Below, one piece after another: positions 12,301-25,407 of a stretch of DNA of 64,000 nt (position 1 is its first letter; the number at the start of each line of letters is the position of its first letter). Origin of the DNA: Thecamonas trahens ATCC 50062 (lineage: Eukaryota > Protista > Apusomonadida); NCBI RefSeq assembly GCF_000142905.1, contig NW_013657670.1, positions 211,498 through 275,497 of the forward strand, in the 5' to 3' direction. A model generated the notes under the pieces. That model saw only the letters and a list, made by a program, of their open reading frames with translations. It had not been told where the DNA came from and made no database searches. Both the position numbers and the translations under genes were made by a program.

Positions 12301-15300
12301 GTCGCCGCCGAAAAGTTGATCGGACAAACCTCATAGTTGGACGCCTTACGGAGCGTCGAGAAGAGCGTCATCGTCTTACCCGAGCCCGGTGGCCCACACA
12401 GCAGCAACGGCTTGTGCTGCGCCATCCACGCAAACAGTACGTCGACGTGACGAGTCGTGTCGACCGTCTGAATGACGGTCTTGCCGATGGCCGACGGTGC
12501 GACGTCAACGCGTGGGACGTGCGAGGTCCACGGCGTCCATGCCTCGCCACCGCGCACAGAGAACGCTGCCTCGTAGTCGATGATTGGCGCCGCGTCGGGC
12601 GGAAAGACAAGATCGAGCTCGCGCTGCGCTGCGCAGTGCTTTGCGAGCCAGTGCGAGAATGCAACGCGGTCCGAAATCGGCGCCGAGCCCGACAGCGCCC
12701 ACACCAGCGCGTAGAGGAACTTGCACCGCAGGTAGCTCGCCACGCGTGCTGCAGGCAGCGCAAAGTCGGGTGACTTGGCCTGCGCCGCGACTACTGTCGC
12801 TACACCCGCGTCCAGGAGCGAAAAGAATGCCGAGAGCACACGGAACCGCGTGTAGTCCATGACATGGCTGTACTCCTCGGCGTGATCAAGGGCCGCAGGG
12901 AGCAAGTTCGCCAGCAGCGGCCCAAACACCTCGGCTGCTGCTGCCTGCAGCGCCATCGCTGCTGGCGTCGCCTTAAGGTCGTGGTGCGAGGTGACAAGCT
13001 GCGACCGGAGCGACGAGAGGTAGTGCGCAGAGACCATCGGGAGCGAGAGTGTTGATGCCGAGAACCAGACCATGCCTGTCCGCGAGACCGTGGCAAGTGT
13101 AGCGTGCTCGAGGTCCTGTACCTCAAACATGATACGGGTGTTCGACGGAAGTGCCAGCCGCTCGCCGTTGGGCAGCGTGAGCAGCTTGTTGTCGTCGAGC
13201 AGCGAGTTCATGTTCTCCACCCACTCCGGATCGACATCGCCGTCGAAAATGATCCAGTGCCGTGCCGACCGACCAAGGGTGCCACTCGCAGGCTCACCTT
13301 TGTCGTCGCCGCTTGCCACACTGTCATCATCGTTGCCAGCCGCAGCTTCGGCTGCCGCCTCCTTGGCCGCCGCCGCCGCCGACGCCGTTGAACTGATGAT
13401 TGCGCGCAGCGTGTGAGTGAGCAGGCCGTCGCGCCACTCACGGGTCGTCGGGTCCAGCGAGCCGTACAAATCGTCCTTGTGGATGGCTTTGGGGTCGATG
13501 ACGTACGCGTGGCATGAGGTTTCCGGCTCCAGAATCTCGTACGCGGCGAGCAGCGTCCGCCACGCCGACGACTTGCCCGAGCCGGCCGGACCGACAAGCA
13601 TCACGCCGTGATTGAGATTGAGGATCGAGTGGAGCTGAAGAATCTTGTCGAGCCACGTTCCGCCGCCGGAAGCGCTCACTTCTGGATTCAGAGCTGCGTC
13701 CGAGAGTACGTAGTGTGACGCGTCGGCGGCAGAGGTGATGGCAGCCACAAGGGCAGCACGGTCCGGTTCCGGCAGCGCAGCCGCTGGGAACACGTCCGAG
13801 AGCAGCGAGTGAAGGAGCGGAATGTCGGGTGCTACGAGCTTGGGGATAAGCGTCTCGCAAATAGATTGCAGCAACACGTCCTGCTCAAACTTGGTGGCGT
13901 CCAAGCCGGGCCCGTTGTCGCCGCCGGCAATGAGCCGCTGGCGCTTGATGTTGCCTGCCGAGACAAGGACAGACTTGAGTGAGCGAAGGCCAAAGTCGTA
14001 GTGCGACTGCTCCGAGAGTTGCTCGTGGCAGAGCTTGAAAAGCGGCACCACCTTGCCGGCGAGTCGCTCGGCAGTGGCAAAGCCCTGCGAGAAGAGCATG
14101 ACCTGCCCGATGAGCTCCTTGTCCGGCACGGTCATGGCCATAGGGCGGAAGAGCTGCTTGAGGTTGTCCGGCAGGTTGGACCGCCCAGCGTAGCCCGGAT
14201 TCATGGTGATGAAAATGCCAACGTCTTGCGAGAGCGGAACCGACGAGCCGAGGAGCTGCACCCGCTCTGCGCCGGCTTGCAGCGTCAGCTGGATGGTCTG
14301 GATCTGCTGCGAGACGGCCGAGAGCATGCGTTCGGCGAGCCGGTTAAATTCGTCAAAGCAACCCCAGGCGCCGACCTGGCAGAGGCCCACAAAGATTCGG
14401 CCCATGGCCTGGACATCAAAGTTCTCGTCGCAGCAAAAGACAAGCACAAAGCGGCCGAGCTGGGCGCCGAGCGCCTTGACAGACTCGGTCTTGCCGGTTC
14501 CGGCGGGGCCAAACGGCGCGCCGCCGAGTCGCTGGTCAAGCGCCTGAGTGAGCGTGAGGTAGCATCGGTCAGTGAGCGGAGTGGTGACGAGCTTGGACTG
14601 GACTCCGAGGTACTCAAAGCCGTACACAAACTCGGCGTTGGCCATGGCGACAGTGAAGCTGCTAGTCACCGGTGTGGCCTCGTCGCTTGAGAGGTAGAAG
14701 CGCATGGTGTTGAGCCAGGCAAACGGGAGGCTCTCGCGGTCGTAGCCAGATCCGCTGGTGAGCGCCGGCTCGGCGCCCAGCGTCCGCAGCATGTCGCGCT
14801 GGTGGACCAGCTCGGTAATGAGGTGCTCAAACTTCTTGCGGGTGTTGACCGGGTGTGGATCGAGGACTGATGCTGCCAGGTAGCCCAGTAGCTTCTGGAT
14901 GTCGTCGCCGATGCCTGTGTTCGGCGCCGCGCCGCTCATCAGGTTGGCCTCGACGGTGGTGGTAAAGTAGACTTGCGCCGCGAGGGTAAGGATCTGGTCC
15001 GGGTAGGCAGTCACCCAGGCAAAGTACAGGTTGTCGCTGTCAGCTTTTGTACCTTCCGCACCAACAGCTGCCATGGCGGCTGGCAGCTCGGCGACGGCGT
15101 CTTGCAGTGCAAGCGCCAGCGTTTCCTTCATCTCGGTCTCGAGCGCGCGGAGCCAGTCGTTGATGCGGGCGTGGGCGGTGGTCTCAAGCGGGTGTGCAAA
15201 GGGCACAACCTCGCCCGACGACGAGACCATGGCAGTGAGAAGGGTATCGGAACCGGGCTCTGTCTCCAGCGACGCGATGCCGGCAAACATTTTCTTGAGG

Positions 15301-18300
15301 TGCTTGACGATCTTGCTCAGGTCGTCCGAGTTGCCGATGATCTCGAGCAAGTCCTCGTCGCCCACAAAGTAGAAGCGCGGAAACGACGCACGCTGGCGCT
15401 CGAGGTACTCGCCAAGCGCCTTTTGGACGGCAGTAAGTAGCGAGCCGAGACGATCAAGAAGCGGCGCGAGCTCGTCGTTGCCGAGCACATCCAGGAAATC
15501 CGGGTTCTTGGCGGTCCGCTTCATGAGCGAGAGGAACTCACTGTTGATGGTCTTGAACTTGGCAGCCTCCTTGGGAAGGAGGACACGAATGTCGGCCGAG
15601 CCGGTAAAGATGCCTTCGAGGTAGACCCAGCGACGCTGGACGTCGAGCCAGGCATCAAGCGTCTCACGATGGGTGTAGAGTCGGTCCTCCCACAGCGAGG
15701 CCTCGTCGGCAAAGACCTTAAAGTACGGCGATGCACGCATAGACGAGAGCGAGCTCAGGTGCTCCATCATCTTGGCAAAGAGATCGTCCCACCCGCGGAT
15801 GAGCCGGGTCTTCCCGCCTTGGTAGGCCACCATGTCAAAGACGTACTCGGACCAGGTCTCCTTAACTTCGCGCAGAAACTCGGCGAGACCACGCTCGCCC
15901 TGAGCAATTGTGAGCAGCGCGCGGACGGTCTTTTCGTGGGCAAGCAAGTCGACGCCCCACACGTGGCCGAGAGTAAGCTTGCGGCTGGAGCGCGGCCACT
16001 TGGCCGCCGGCTCGCCGAGCTCGGCGGCGAGCTGCCGCCAGTGGCGGTCGAGAAGTGCGTCGGAGCAGAGCGCGTCGATGAGTGGCATGGCGGCCGTGTA
16101 GCGGAGGACGCCAGCGTGGGTAGCGCCCCACGGCTTGAATGCCTTGACCTTGGGCGGCATGGCGGTGAGCGCGGCGCCGAGTTCGTCGAGCGTCTTGCGG
16201 AGCTTGCGCGGCTGGACAGAAGCAAAGACCTGTTCGCGCGCCTCGTCAAGCGCAGCCCACACATCGCGGAGTGCGCCCCAGACTGAGCGCTGCTCGGCGA
16301 GCTCGGCGGCCATGGCGGCCAGGGCCGGCGGCTCGGTCGCCGGCGGCATGTCCAGTGCATCGCGCCCTGCATTGAGCGCGGCGTAGGCCTGAACAAGACT
16401 TCCCACCCGCTGGGCAAAAGTGTCCAGTGTGACAAGCGCGGCGGCAGGAGCGGCAGTCGGCAGTGGCGCCGACTCGGCCCATTCGGCCGTGAGCGCACCA
16501 AGCGCGGATGCATAGGTCGCAGTGAGGCTGTTGACCGCCCGGCGAAGCGTCGGCGTGGCGTCGGCGAGCGCCGTGGCGCGCCGGCTGAGAAGCTGCGAAA
16601 AGGCCGAGAACTCGCCCTCCAGCGCCTCGGTGGGAGAGGTGGTGGCAAGTGCAGCCTCGAGGCCCGGCAGCTCGGCGAGAGCAGTGCTGGTAGCGTTGAG
16701 TGAGGCAAGCGTCGCCGCCCGCACACGGACCGATCGCCGGAGGGTGTGAAGGGTGAGAACAAAGTCGAGGACGGCCTGGGTGTCGGAGGCCTCGAAATCG
16801 CCGGCCTCGAGTGTTGCCCGGTCGGCGGCAAGGCTCTCGACGAACGCGTTCTGGTCAGCAGAGAGGTTGGCGACGCAGTTGGCGCCGAGCTCGCGAAGCG
16901 TGTCGGTGTACTTGGCGGCAATCTTCGACTTGAGACCCGACGCGTCGAGGGTGATGACGCCAAACGAGGTTGTCGGCGGCAGCGCCTTCAGCGTAGCGGC
17001 ATCAGCCGCCACGTTTGCGAGCACCTTGCGCCACGCACCGTAGTTGGCGCCGAGCTTCTCGGTGAGTTCCGGAATGGAGACCTCCCAGAGCGCGGCGTAT
17101 GGGGCAAAGGCGTGGCGGGCGTCGCGGAGCAAGGCAAGCGCGTCGTTGATGACAGCGTAGGCCTGGCGGACTCGTGCAGGCGGAACCGCGGCGAGGACGC
17201 CTGAGAGGATATTGTCATCCGATGCGCCGTTGACAGCGAGCGCCGGCAACGAGTTAAAGTGGGTCAGGAACGTGTTGAGTGTGGTGGTGAGCGTGGTCCG
17301 GAGAGAGGTGAGCGACGGGACCGGATGCGGCTCGCGCGGATTCTGAAGCACAGCGTGGACGGAGCCAAAGGTAGCAGGTGCCTGGGTCGCGTCCGAGCTG
17401 GCAAACGCAGTGTCAAAGCTGACAACGCCATCAAAGCCAGCGCTGAGCGAAGCCGCATCGGAAAGGCCCGAGGCGACGGCGGCGACGTCAGCCAGTGAGA
17501 CGCCGGACGCCGCGGCGACAGCGGCAAACGAGTTGCTGCCGCGCACAGACGAGGCCGCCGCCGCCACTGTCCACACCGCCAGTGCGTCAGCGACCCGAGA
17601 AGCTACGCCGGCGACAATGCGGCTGTTGAGCCAGTCGACAAAGCCGTGGAGGTTGCGGAACCGAGCCTCCGAGGCGAGCAGGCTGTCCACGACAGATTGC
17701 ATGGTCTCGACGACTTGCAGCATGGCCGGCCACGTAAGTGGGACGACCGCAAGCGACTCCAGCGCCGGCAGAAGCTCCTGGCGGTAGGCTGTGGTGAGCT
17801 CGTTGGCCGCATCTTGAAAGTCTGTGACAGCAGCGCTGAGGTCGGCGGCAAAGACGGCAAGCCGCGTTGCGCCGGCCTCCCACTTGAGGTTGAGCGCGCC
17901 GGCGAGGACGGCGTGGACAGCGAGGCGCGGTAGAGCAACCAGCGGGGCAAGGTGCTCGTCGAGCGCGGCCGAGGCCGCGGCATAGTCGGCGAGGGTGGTA
18001 GCAAGCGAGGCTGCGTAGGTGTGGACCCGGCGGATAGCGCGCGCGCCCGATGCAAGCTCCTCAGGCAGCGCGAGACCAAGGACCGAGGTGAGAAAATCGT
18101 ACTCGGCGAGAAAGGTGGTGTGCGAAGCGTCAAAGGTGACACGCAGCGTTGGCGACGGCGAGAGCGAGACGTCGAGGACTCGGCCCGAGGTGGCAAAGCC
18201 GGCGCTAAGGGTGGCGGCGACCCACGCCGAGACAAGCGGCTCGGTGTCGAGCGCGGCGTCAAGCGCGTCGAGCGCAGCTCCCAGCTCGGCGCCCTGGTCC

Positions 18301-20281
18301 GACGCATCCGCCCATTCGGGGCCGAGCACTGTAGACAGCCGCGAACGGGCGGTAGTGGCGGCGGTAGCGGCCTGGCAAGCGTGAAGGACGGTTCCGGAGA
18401 GCGGCGGAATGTGGCAGAGGGTGGCGCAGGCGCGGGCATCGTCAATGGCCTCGTACGGCGAGGCGGTGGTAGCTGCGGCGAGGGTCGCAACATCGCGGGC
18501 TACCGCGGCCTGGAACGCGAGTGCGTGTGAGTTGAGGAGTTGCGCGATGCTTGGACGAAGGGCTGCGAGGCGCTCAAACTTGGCATAGTACCGAAACATC
18601 GCAGTCGACGACGAGGCCGCGGTGAGCGCGGCAGCGAGGTGCGAGAGGAGCGTGGCCTCAACCCGGGCAACGCCGGCCTCGTAGACGCCAAGCGCCTCCT
18701 CCAGCGAGACGTCGCCGTCGGGCGAGAGGTCAAGAGGGCGCATGAGAGCGCGGGCGTCGTCAAAGGCGTCTGTGAGTGACGACGCGAGGTCGACTGCAGT
18801 CTCGACCGGTGCCACGGCCGGGGTGACGGTGCGGACGGCGGTGCGAAGCTCGTTGTGCTCTGCGCGAAAAACAGAGAGCGCCGCGACGCGGGCCTCGAGC
18901 GCAGCATGCTCTTTGGTGACCCGGATGGGCAGCCGCTGCTCCTCAGGATTGCGGCGAATGCGCGCGACTTCGCGGATGAGATCCTTGTATTCGGTGACAA
19001 GGTCGTCCCACTCGGCAAAGACCGCCGTGGCGTCGCGCATAAGCGCCGCAAACTCGTCATATGGCAGGAGCATAAGCGAGCGAGCGTGAAGAATGTCAAG
19101 CATCTGCGCGTTGAGGTCGCGCGAGAGCGCCTCGGCGAGATGGAGGGCGCGGAGAAGCGGATACGCGGTGTTGCGCACCTTTTTGAGGTGGGCAAAGATG
19201 AGCTGCAGCGCGTCGGCAACGTTGGAGAGCGAGGTGGCGCCGAGGAGCGCGTTGAGCGGGAACTCTTTCATGAGCAAGTTGTTCGAGTTGACTTCAGAGA
19301 ACGCGGCCTGGAGCTTGGTTTCCGACTCGAACGAGACGGTGACCGAGTAGCGCTTGGCGTACTTGAGCGTCTCGAGCGTCATGACGATCGGCGGCGTGGC
19401 GAGCGTGTCGGCGAGAGCCAGGCATGCCGCCTCCTTGGCGAGCCAAAAGTTGATTTCCTGCAGTGTCGTCCCGCTCCACGAGTCGCGAGTGAGGAGCGTG
19501 ACCTTTTGGATCTCGGTGATCCAGCTCTGCGCCGTCTCCTGCAGCTCGTCCAGAAACTCGCCCGACTTTGCGAGCGATCCGAGGTCGGTCACTTCCATCC
19601 GCTTGCCTGTCGACATGCACTTGGCAAGTGTTGCCGCAATCTGAGGGTGAGGTGGGAGGTGCGGCTGTGGAATCTGGAGCTCCTGCGAGAGGTGCGAGAG
19701 CGAGAGCTTGAGCGTGGTGAGTGCTGTCGCCGCGCCCGAAGTATTGTCGCCAGCGCCTCGCCCACGCCCCGCCCGGTTTCCGCCACTTCCCGACGGCGAC
19801 CGCAGATACGATGTAAGGTGCGGGTCGAACGTCGCATCGAGGAACGACGCCAGCGTCGCCGCGGCTGCGCTTGGCCCGCTCGTTGCCGGCGCGGGGAGGA
19901 GACAGGTCAGCAGTTGCGTGCCCGGCGATGCGTCCTCGCGCAGCGGCGAGGTCTTGACCACAACAAGCGTGCCCGAGTCGGACGCCCGATCCGGCGCGAG
20001 TGCCGTCGCGGGCGTGAGGCCAAAGGCATACGAGCCGTCGCTCCCGAGCCACGCAAAGAGCGCCACCAGCGAGTCGTCGCAGCAGAACTCGGTGACGGCA
20101 GCCACAGCCGGTCCGGACATAGCCTCAGCAGTCGGTAGAGCCGGACCGCCGAGTGCGGTCGGCAGCATGACGCCTACAGTGAAGGGGAGGAAGGGGGGGA
20201 GGGGGGGGGGGGGGGGGGCGTACCGAGATAGTCCAGCAGGGGTGCCAAGCTTGGCGGGACAGGGCTGTTGGGTGCAGCCAT
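6351..20281 (-). CDS. DYNC1H1: Cytoplasmic dynein 1 heavy chain; exons 20281-20224 and 20173-6351
   Basis: Four P-loops (GPAGTGKT, GPAGSGKS, GPPGSGKT, GQSGAGKT), FPRFYFVGDEDLLEIIGNS, stalk/MTBD (ASQACGPLCKW) and the dynein-1 tail (GTTLQEINFW). A 50-nt GTACGC...TAG phase-1 intron gives MAAPNSPVPPSLAPLLDYLGVML. Confidence 0.97.
20174..20223 (-). other. Short poly-C intron of the dynein heavy chain (50 nt)
   Basis: GTACGC + C-run + cttcactgTAG. Phase-compatible with the upstream ATG at 20281. Confidence 0.7.
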
Positions 20282-20877
20282 TGCACAGGTTTTGTGGGGG
20301 GGGAGGTGTGGGTGGTATGGGTATGGGTATGGGGGGGTGGGATGAAGGGGGGGGGTGGAGTGCTTGGGCTGGTGCCACGACCTGGTGCTACGACGCAGGT
20401 GGTGGTGGCGGCGCGGGCGCGAGTTGTCAGCGAAAGGCGGCGGCCAAGGTGGGCGGCGGCGGGAGGGTGACGGCGATGGCTGGCCCAGTGCGAGTAAACC
20501 CATTTCGCGGAGGGGCAAATTTTCGCCCACCGGTAAGGTTATCCTGGCGGCACTGACTCGTTTAACTTACCTTGTGCCGTGTTCTCGGTGATCACGCAGG
20601 CCAGAGTACAGCATGTGCGGCCCCCCATTGCACCGCGGTGGGTGGCATGTTTGAGCTCATCAGCATACCACTGTTGAGCTCGGGCACGGAATTTGTTTAC
20701 ATCGGAGGAAGAGCGTCCGAGCTCACCTCCGCCCCTTCTTATCTTTTTGCCTCGGTGGCGACCCACCGTCGCTCGTCCCTTTGACGGCTGGCATCCTCCA
20801 TCCTCCAGGTAGTTGCAGTGCTCCTCACTCGCCCCCCTCCTCCTCCACGCACACACACCCAGTCCTCTCAAGTCACC

Positions 20878-21837
20878 ATGGCAGGACGGCGACTCCCGGG
20901 CCTGGCTTCAGTCTCGGACCTCATTCGGCTGTACAAGCTCTCGACCCGCAAGGCGCTCTCGCAGAACTTCATCCTCGACACCAACGTGACCGACAAGATC
21001 GCCCGGGCGGCGCTCGCTGGCCACAACCTCAACGCGACGCAGGTGGTGGAGGTCGGTCCAGGCCCTGGCTCGCTCACCCGATCGATGCTGGCACAGGCGC
21101 CGGCTCGAGTCACGGTGGTCGAGAAGGACGATCGGTTCCGCGGCTCACTAGTGGCTCTGGCAGAAGCCGTGGGCGGCGCGCCGGCGCTCGACGTCATCAT
21201 CGGCGACATGGCCCAGGTCGAGCCGGCCCGGATCCGTACCGATTCAGCTGCCGCGCCAGAGCTCGCCCTCGTCGGAAACCTCCCGTTCAACGTCGCCACA
21301 CCGCTGACGGTGGGCTGGCTGGGTGACATGGCTTCCTGCTCCGGCCTCTTTGCCAACGCGCCAACCGCACGCGCGTCGATGACCCTAATGTACCAGGCCG
21401 AAGTTGGCCAGCGGCTGACCGCTGCACCTGGTGAGCCCGGCTACTCGCGCCTCTCGGTCCTTGCCGCAGCTTGCGCCAACGCCAAGGTCTTGTACACCTT
21501 TGCGCCCACTATCTTTGTCCCGCCGCCCAAGGTCTCGGCCTCGGTCGTCCGCTTCGTCCCGCGGCCCGACGCCGTGCTCTCACCAGCCATCGTCGCCGCC
21601 CTACAGGACGTCACCCGCGTCGGCTTCTCGCTTCGTCGCAAGACGCTCCGCAACGCCATTAAGCGCGCGCCCGACGCATGGCGTGCCCCTGTCATCGCCG
21701 CTGTCGAGGATGCCGGCCTCGCATCTCTGCGCGCCGGCGACGTCCCGGTTGCTGCCTGGCTCGATCTTGCCCGCGTCGCCGCCGCCTTCACCACCACCGC
21801 CGGCACAGTCGCTCCTACAGCCTCTGCAGCCCAATAG
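20878..21837 (+). CDS. TFB1M: Mitochondrial rRNA dimethyladenosine transferase (KsgA/Dim1 family)
   Basis: LPGLASVSDLIRLYKL...KALSQNFILD, SAM motif VVEVGPGPGSLTR, VEKD, VGNLPFNVATPL, YSRLSV, FVPPPKV. Confidence 0.92.
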   Translation: MAGRRLPGLASVSDLIRLYKLSTRKALSQNFILDTNVTDKIARAALAGHNLNATQVVEVGPGPGSLTRSMLAQAPARVTVVEKDDRFRGSLVALAEAVGGAPALDVIIGDMAQVEPARIRTDSAAAPELALVGNLPFNVATPLTVGWLGDMASCSGLFANAPTARASMTLMYQAEVGQRLTAAPGEPGYSRLSVLAAACANAKVLYTFAPTIFVPPPKVSASVVRFVPRPDAVLSPAIVAALQDVTRVGFSLRRKTLRNAIKRAPDAWRAPVIAAVEDAGLASLRAGDVPVAAWLDLARVAAAFTTTAGTVAPTASAAQ

Positions 21838-22329
21838 ATCCACTGGTGGTCGCCCGATGCGCCAGTGCATCGCCGCGCGGTCCTGCTCTGTAAGCCTCGG
21901 CTGCGCAGTGCCGAACAACACGCACCGCCTCACTCTGTCCTCCACGCACGCACACACACTCGCGCCCACACACGCCGCAATGGAAACAAGGATGCCGCCG
22001 TAGCCTGGCGGTAGCGATGCTGCTACATGGTTGCTGCGCCCAGATGCCGCGCCAGCAGAAACTCGGTTGACGCCTTAGGCCTGCCACTGCTTGGTCTCGC
22101 CTCCTGGGCCGGCCAGCTGGCTCAGCTCCCGGCCGAACCAGATCCGACGCTCTCTTTGCTTGGTTTTCGGCGACGAGGCTTCGGGTAGGGGTCAATAGGT
22201 CCAACGTTAACGTAAGCAGATGATGCTACTCCAGATGAAACTCGGGCTCAGTCACCATCGCATATCACAGAGAAGCTGTCCTCCTTGTTCATCAAGCCGG
22301 TGCCCGCTCTTTCGCTCCGCCCCTGCACA

Positions 22330-22640
22330 TTGGCCTATCGCGGATCATTGCCCTCGACAACATGCTGTACGAGTTCTTGAGCCTTGTTCCCTACCTCGGC
22401 CTCATGATGATCCACGTGTTCTTTCTCGCCGAGTCGTCAAGCTCGCCTAGGCCCGCTGATGTCCACGAGAGAAGCCTTGACCTCCAGCGCCAGATCCGCA
22501 AGTCCTGGCCTCAATCGCCATCGGTTGCGCCACGCCCGTCATGGCCATCGAAGCCGTCCTCCGTCGCCAACGTTCCTCTCTCCTCGCTCCGGGCCCATCC
22601 AGTACAGCATGACGACAAAGGTTGTTCCTCAAACAGGTGA
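22330..22640 (+). pseudogene. Coding-like hydrophobic fragment, possibly a decayed membrane-protein gene
   Basis: LHIGLSRIIALDNMLYEFLSLVPYLGLMMIHVFFL has host-like codon usage, but coding-like sequence appears to switch frames nearby. No family recognised. Confidence 0.2.
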
Positions 22641-22738
22641 TGGGGGGGGGGGGGGGCGGTGTGGCGTGCCAGCCAGTCGCCACCGGCAGCGGAGCGACCG
22701 GCGAGCGAGCAACTAGCCCCAGGCACTCGACGTGGAAC

Positions 22739-24600
22739 ATGGCAAGCACTGCGACAAGTCCGGCTGCCGAGGCGGGAAGCAAGGCTGTGGCGGCCATGCG
22801 TGAGGCGCTGGTGGCTGCCGGTGCCGACGCGTACTACCTCCCGCACGGCGACGAGCATGCCAACGAGTACCTCTCGCCGCACCACGAGCGCATTGCCTTT
22901 GTCTCGGGTTTCACCGGCTCGGCCGGCACGGTGGTGGTCACCGCCACGCAGACGCTGCTGTGGACCGACGGTCGGTACTACCTCCAGGCTGAGAACCAGC
23001 TGTACCCCGGCTGGAAGCTGATGCGAAGCCATGCCGAGCTCGCGCCAGGCGCCTGGCTCAAGGCTGAGGGGCACACCCGCGTCGCCTCGCCGGCGTCCAC
23101 GCTCGGCCACGCCACCGCCGCCAGGCTCAAGGCCCACGGGTGCTCGCTGGCCTTGCTCGACGACAATCCGGTCGACAGCGTGTGGAACGCGTCTGGCTCG
23201 CGCCCCCTTCCCGCCCGCGCCCCGATCGTCCCGCTCGCCACCACGTACACCGGTGAAGACGCCGCCTCCAAGATCGCACGCATCTCTGCTGCTGTGCACT
23301 CTGCAGGCTACGCTGCTGTCCTTGTCACCGCTCTCGACGAGATCGCATGGCTCCTCAACTGCCGAGGCTCCGACATCCCGTACAACCCCGTGTTCCTCAG
23401 CGTTGCGCTCGTGCTCACGCCTGAAGCCAAGACCCAGCTCGACGCCTCGCACGCGGTCACGCTTTGGCTGGACGACCCGAACGGATGCCGGCTCGACGAG
23501 GAGGGACGCTCTTCGCTTGCTGCCGCCAACGTCAACATCGTCCCGGTCCTCAATCAAGCCCACATCGCGACCGCGCTCGAGGCTGCCGCCGCTGCCGGCA
23601 ACGTCTGGCTCGACGGCAGGACAGTGCCGATGGCGTACGCAAGCGTTGTGGAATGCAAGGCTCAGAGCGCCACATCACCAATCAACGACGCCAAGTCGAT
23701 CAAGAATGCGACCGAGCTCGAAGGCCTACGCGCGTGCCACCTCCGCGACGGCGCGGCCCTGACTCGGTTCATGTACGCGCTCGAGTCCCGCATCTCAGCC
23801 GGCGACACACTCTCCGAGTGCGAAGCGGCGGCCATGCTTGAGCATGAGCGCTCAATCGAAGCCGACTACGTCTCGCTCTCGTTTGAAACCATCTCGTCGT
23901 CGGGGCCAAACGGTGCGGTCATCCACTACGCGCCGCAAGCCGAGACCGCGCGGGTACTCGCGGCCGACGAGCCTTACCTGGTTGACTCGGGCGGACAGTA
24001 TCTCGACGGCACGACCGATGTGACACGGTGCCGCGTCTTTTCTTCTCCATCGGCACACATGAAGCGGTGCTACACCCGGGTCCTGCAGGGCCACATCGCG
24101 CTCGCCACAGCCGTCTTTCCCTCGGCACCACCGGCCTCACCCTCGACGCCTTTGCTCGCCAGTATCTTTGGCGCGATGGCCTCGACTACCGCCACGGCAC
24201 CGGCCATGGCGTCGGCGCGTACCTTAACGTCCACGAAGGCCCGCATCTCATTTCCTACCGCGCCGCCGCCAACAACCCGCCGCTCAAGGCTGGTATGACC
24301 GTCACCAACGAGCCCGGGTACTACGAGGACGGCGCGTTTGGCTTCCGCATCGAGAACGTCATGCTTGTGGTGCCCGCCGCTACGCCGCACAACTTTGACG
24401 CCACAGACTTTCTTGCTTTCGAAACCATCACCTTTGCGCCGCTTGCCCGCGATCTCATCGACGTGGCCCTCCTCTCGCAAGCCGAGCGCGACTGGGTCGA
24501 CGCCTACCATCAGCAGGTGCTCGACCACCTGACCCCGCGCATGGCCAGCGACGAGCAGCGGGCCTGGCTTGGCCAAGCTTGTGCCTCTCTCGGTGCCTAG
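22739..24600 (+). CDS. XPNPEP1: Xaa-Pro aminopeptidase (M24B), with a one-base frameshift at about 24119-24125
   Basis: DEHANEY, FVSGFTGSAG, LWTDGRYYLQA, LDEIAWLLNCRGSDIPYNPVF and DSGGQYLDGTTDVTR lie in one frame. HGTGHGVG..LNVHEGP and NEPGYYEDGAFGFRIEN lie in the -1 frame. Confidence 0.93.
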
Positions 24601-24720
24601 TAGCATTAAAGCGTGCGTTCTGTGCTCACGTCGCGCCGCCAAGCCTTGGGGATTGAAGGCGGCGGCCCACCACGTGTTCATTGTGGCTCCAAGCAAACGC
24701 CAGTCCGTCGACGGCAGCCC

Positions 24721-25407
24721 TCACAGCAGATTGTTGCCAGAAAAGTCGAGCCCTGGCGCCGAGACGAGCTCGGCAATGTCAGGGCGCGAAGCGAGGGCGG
24801 CGTCGGCCGCGTCCGACGAGTCGTCAGCAAAGACGCCCGCTGCCGCTGCCGCCGCCGCCGCCGACGCCGACGCGCCCGGAAGCGCGTAGCCGAGGACGGC
24901 GAGCGAGTCTGCGCCGTTGTCGCTCTCAGCATCAAGGACCGAGTGGCCTGTCCGTCGCCGCGAAGAGCTGCCGCCATGCGATCCGCCGCGGACAGACGCG
25001 ACGGCCGAAGCCGCCAGCGCCGCCTGCGCCTTGGGATAGATGACGGCAAGAGCAAAGAGGTAGTGCAAGCTCCCTGTGAGCAGATCAAGAAGAAGGAGGC
25101 CGAATCGCGACGGCGGATGGCCAGGCCCCACAAACGAGAGCAGCAACGAGTCCGCCGGCGTGCCCGGCGTGGTGAAGAGATGGAAGGCGACCGGGAGGAG
25201 GTTGAGGACGACGATGCGCGAGACAAGGGTCGATCGCGATGCCATGCGCGCCGAGTTGAGCGATGCCGCCACAACAGCTCGGTAGAAGAGGATCAGTAAG
25301 TTGCCCTCCAGCAAGTATCCGTACAGCGCCTGCAGCGCGAGTGCAATCGCCGTGCTGAGCCATAGCCTGTCCCGCGGTGTGCTTGCCGCCCTCAGCATTG
25401 CCTGCAT
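24721..25407 (-). CDS. DUF1746 / Dsc4-like multi-pass membrane protein
   Basis: YLLEGNLLILFYRAVV, AFHLFTTP and SFVGPGHPPSRFGLLLLDLL resemble the DUF1746 pattern (xF(I/V)GxxxPxSxxxLLxLDL) as recalled. Confidence 0.6.
   Translation of the reverse strand: MQAMLRAASTPRDRLWLSTAIALALQALYGYLLEGNLLILFYRAVVAASLNSARMASRSTLVSRIVVLNLLPVAFHLFTTPGTPADSLLLSFVGPGHPPSRFGLLLLDLLTGSLHYLFALAVIYPKAQAALAASAVASVRGGSHGGSSSRRRTGHSVLDAESDNGADSLAVLGYALPGASASAAAAAAAAGVFADDSSDAADAALASRPDIAELVSAPGLDFSGNNLL

Noticed and set aside
20282-20378. N-terminal extension of dynein from the ORF-track start at 20378
   Set aside because: It has a non-ATG start and reads through poly-C sequence. The spliced model from ATG 20281 fits better.
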